A stretch of 61,165 bases of DNA, filler included. It is 4 parts of 4 records of this genome, joined end to end, with 100 filler letters (N's around TTAATTAATTAA, not from the genome) between each part and the next. Parts side by side here need not be neighbours in the genome. Positions count along the whole stretch, not along the records: positions 50,708 to 61,165 come from SRR31147125_23366; 3 more parts are not named here. One strand, given 5' to 3'. The notes beneath the pieces are model-generated. The model did no database searches and was not told the DNA's origin. It saw only the letters and a list, made by a program, of their open reading frames with translations. Both the position numbers and the translations under genes were made by a program. Each line of letters opens with the position of its first letter. Within the stretch, counting starts at the first letter, position 1. Positions 60,802 through 61,165 of this stretch are shown here, piece by piece.

Positions 60802-61165
60802 ATGAAAAGAATAATTTTTATTTGTCTGTTATTCACCATAATTTTGCCTTTATCCGCCTCAAGTTTCCGTGTTGCTAGCCTAAATATACACTATATAAGA
60901 CCTGGTTCAGATAGAATGAATTGGGATAAAAGAAAGAACTCAGTCAAACTGGTATTAGGAGAGATTAAGGCCGATATCATTGCATTCCAAGAGATGGAGA
61001 CTTTTGAGGGAAAGCACTTCACTAATCGAAATATTCAACTTGATTTTATCCTTAAACATTATCCTGAATATTCTGTAGGTGCAACAGGAAATCCAAAGAA
61101 TTTTCCCATTACACAACCAATACTTTATAAAGAAGATAAATTTCAGCTGTTAGATCAAGGATTTT
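60802..61165 (+). CDS. Secreted endonuclease/exonuclease/phosphatase (EEP) family protein, 3' truncated
   Basis: AAGGAG RBS; signal peptide, RVASLNI, W..RK, ADIIAFQE, PILY. Confidence 0.85.
   Translation, partial: MKRIIFICLLFTIILPLSASSFRVASLNIHYIRPGSDRMNWDKRKNSVKLVLGEIKADIIAFQEMETFEGKHFTNRNIQLDFILKHYPEYSVGATGNPKNFPITQPILYKEDKFQLLDQGF

Noticed and set aside
1-61165. CRISPR array, rRNA, tRNA, integrase/transposase genes or recognisable defence system
   Set aside because: No regularly spaced repeats or diagnostic motifs found by eye

Overview
This window is not one locus. It is four contigs joined by artificial 100-bp spacers (44 N + TTAATTAATTAA + 44 N) at 10272-10371, 23145-23244 and 50608-50707, and they appear to come from different organisms. 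(1) 1-10271 is a low-GC, Clostridia-like accessory region: GGDEF end, GNAT, lipoprotein, two TetR, EFR1 ferrodoxin, HXXEE + phytoene-desaturase-like flavoprotein, ABC permeases, with short repeats shared between intergenic regions. (2) 10372-23144 is a Bacteroidota-like glycan-utilisation cluster: GH39, GH2-like, unknown Tat protein, sialidase-like, beta-propeller lipoprotein, GH92, metallophosphoesterase, MBL-fold hydrolase; several have non-canonical catalytic motifs. (3) 23245-50607 is housekeeping chromosome of a probable wall-less Acholeplasmatales/Izemoplasmatales-type organism using code 11: T-box-serS, two-component system, rnmV-rsmA-ispE-spoVG-prs-pth-mfd, cdaA, ispDF, pgi, tsaE-tsaB-rimI-tsaD. 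(4) 50708-61165 is from a low-GC anaerobe: two paralogous membrane diguanylate cyclases flank a permease pair and a MerR-controlled three-gene Fe-S/flavin reductase operon. About ten genes carry 1-nt frameshifts, mostly in homopolymers, most likely sequencing errors. Best novelty candidates: the MerR-activated reductase operon (NuoG/GltD fusion + HydB/NuoF-like subunit with degenerate FMN/NAD site + non-fumarate FAD_binding_2 flavoprotein), a csRNA-like small RNA upstream of the two-component system, and the atypical glycosidases. All family calls are from motif recognition by eye; no database search was run.
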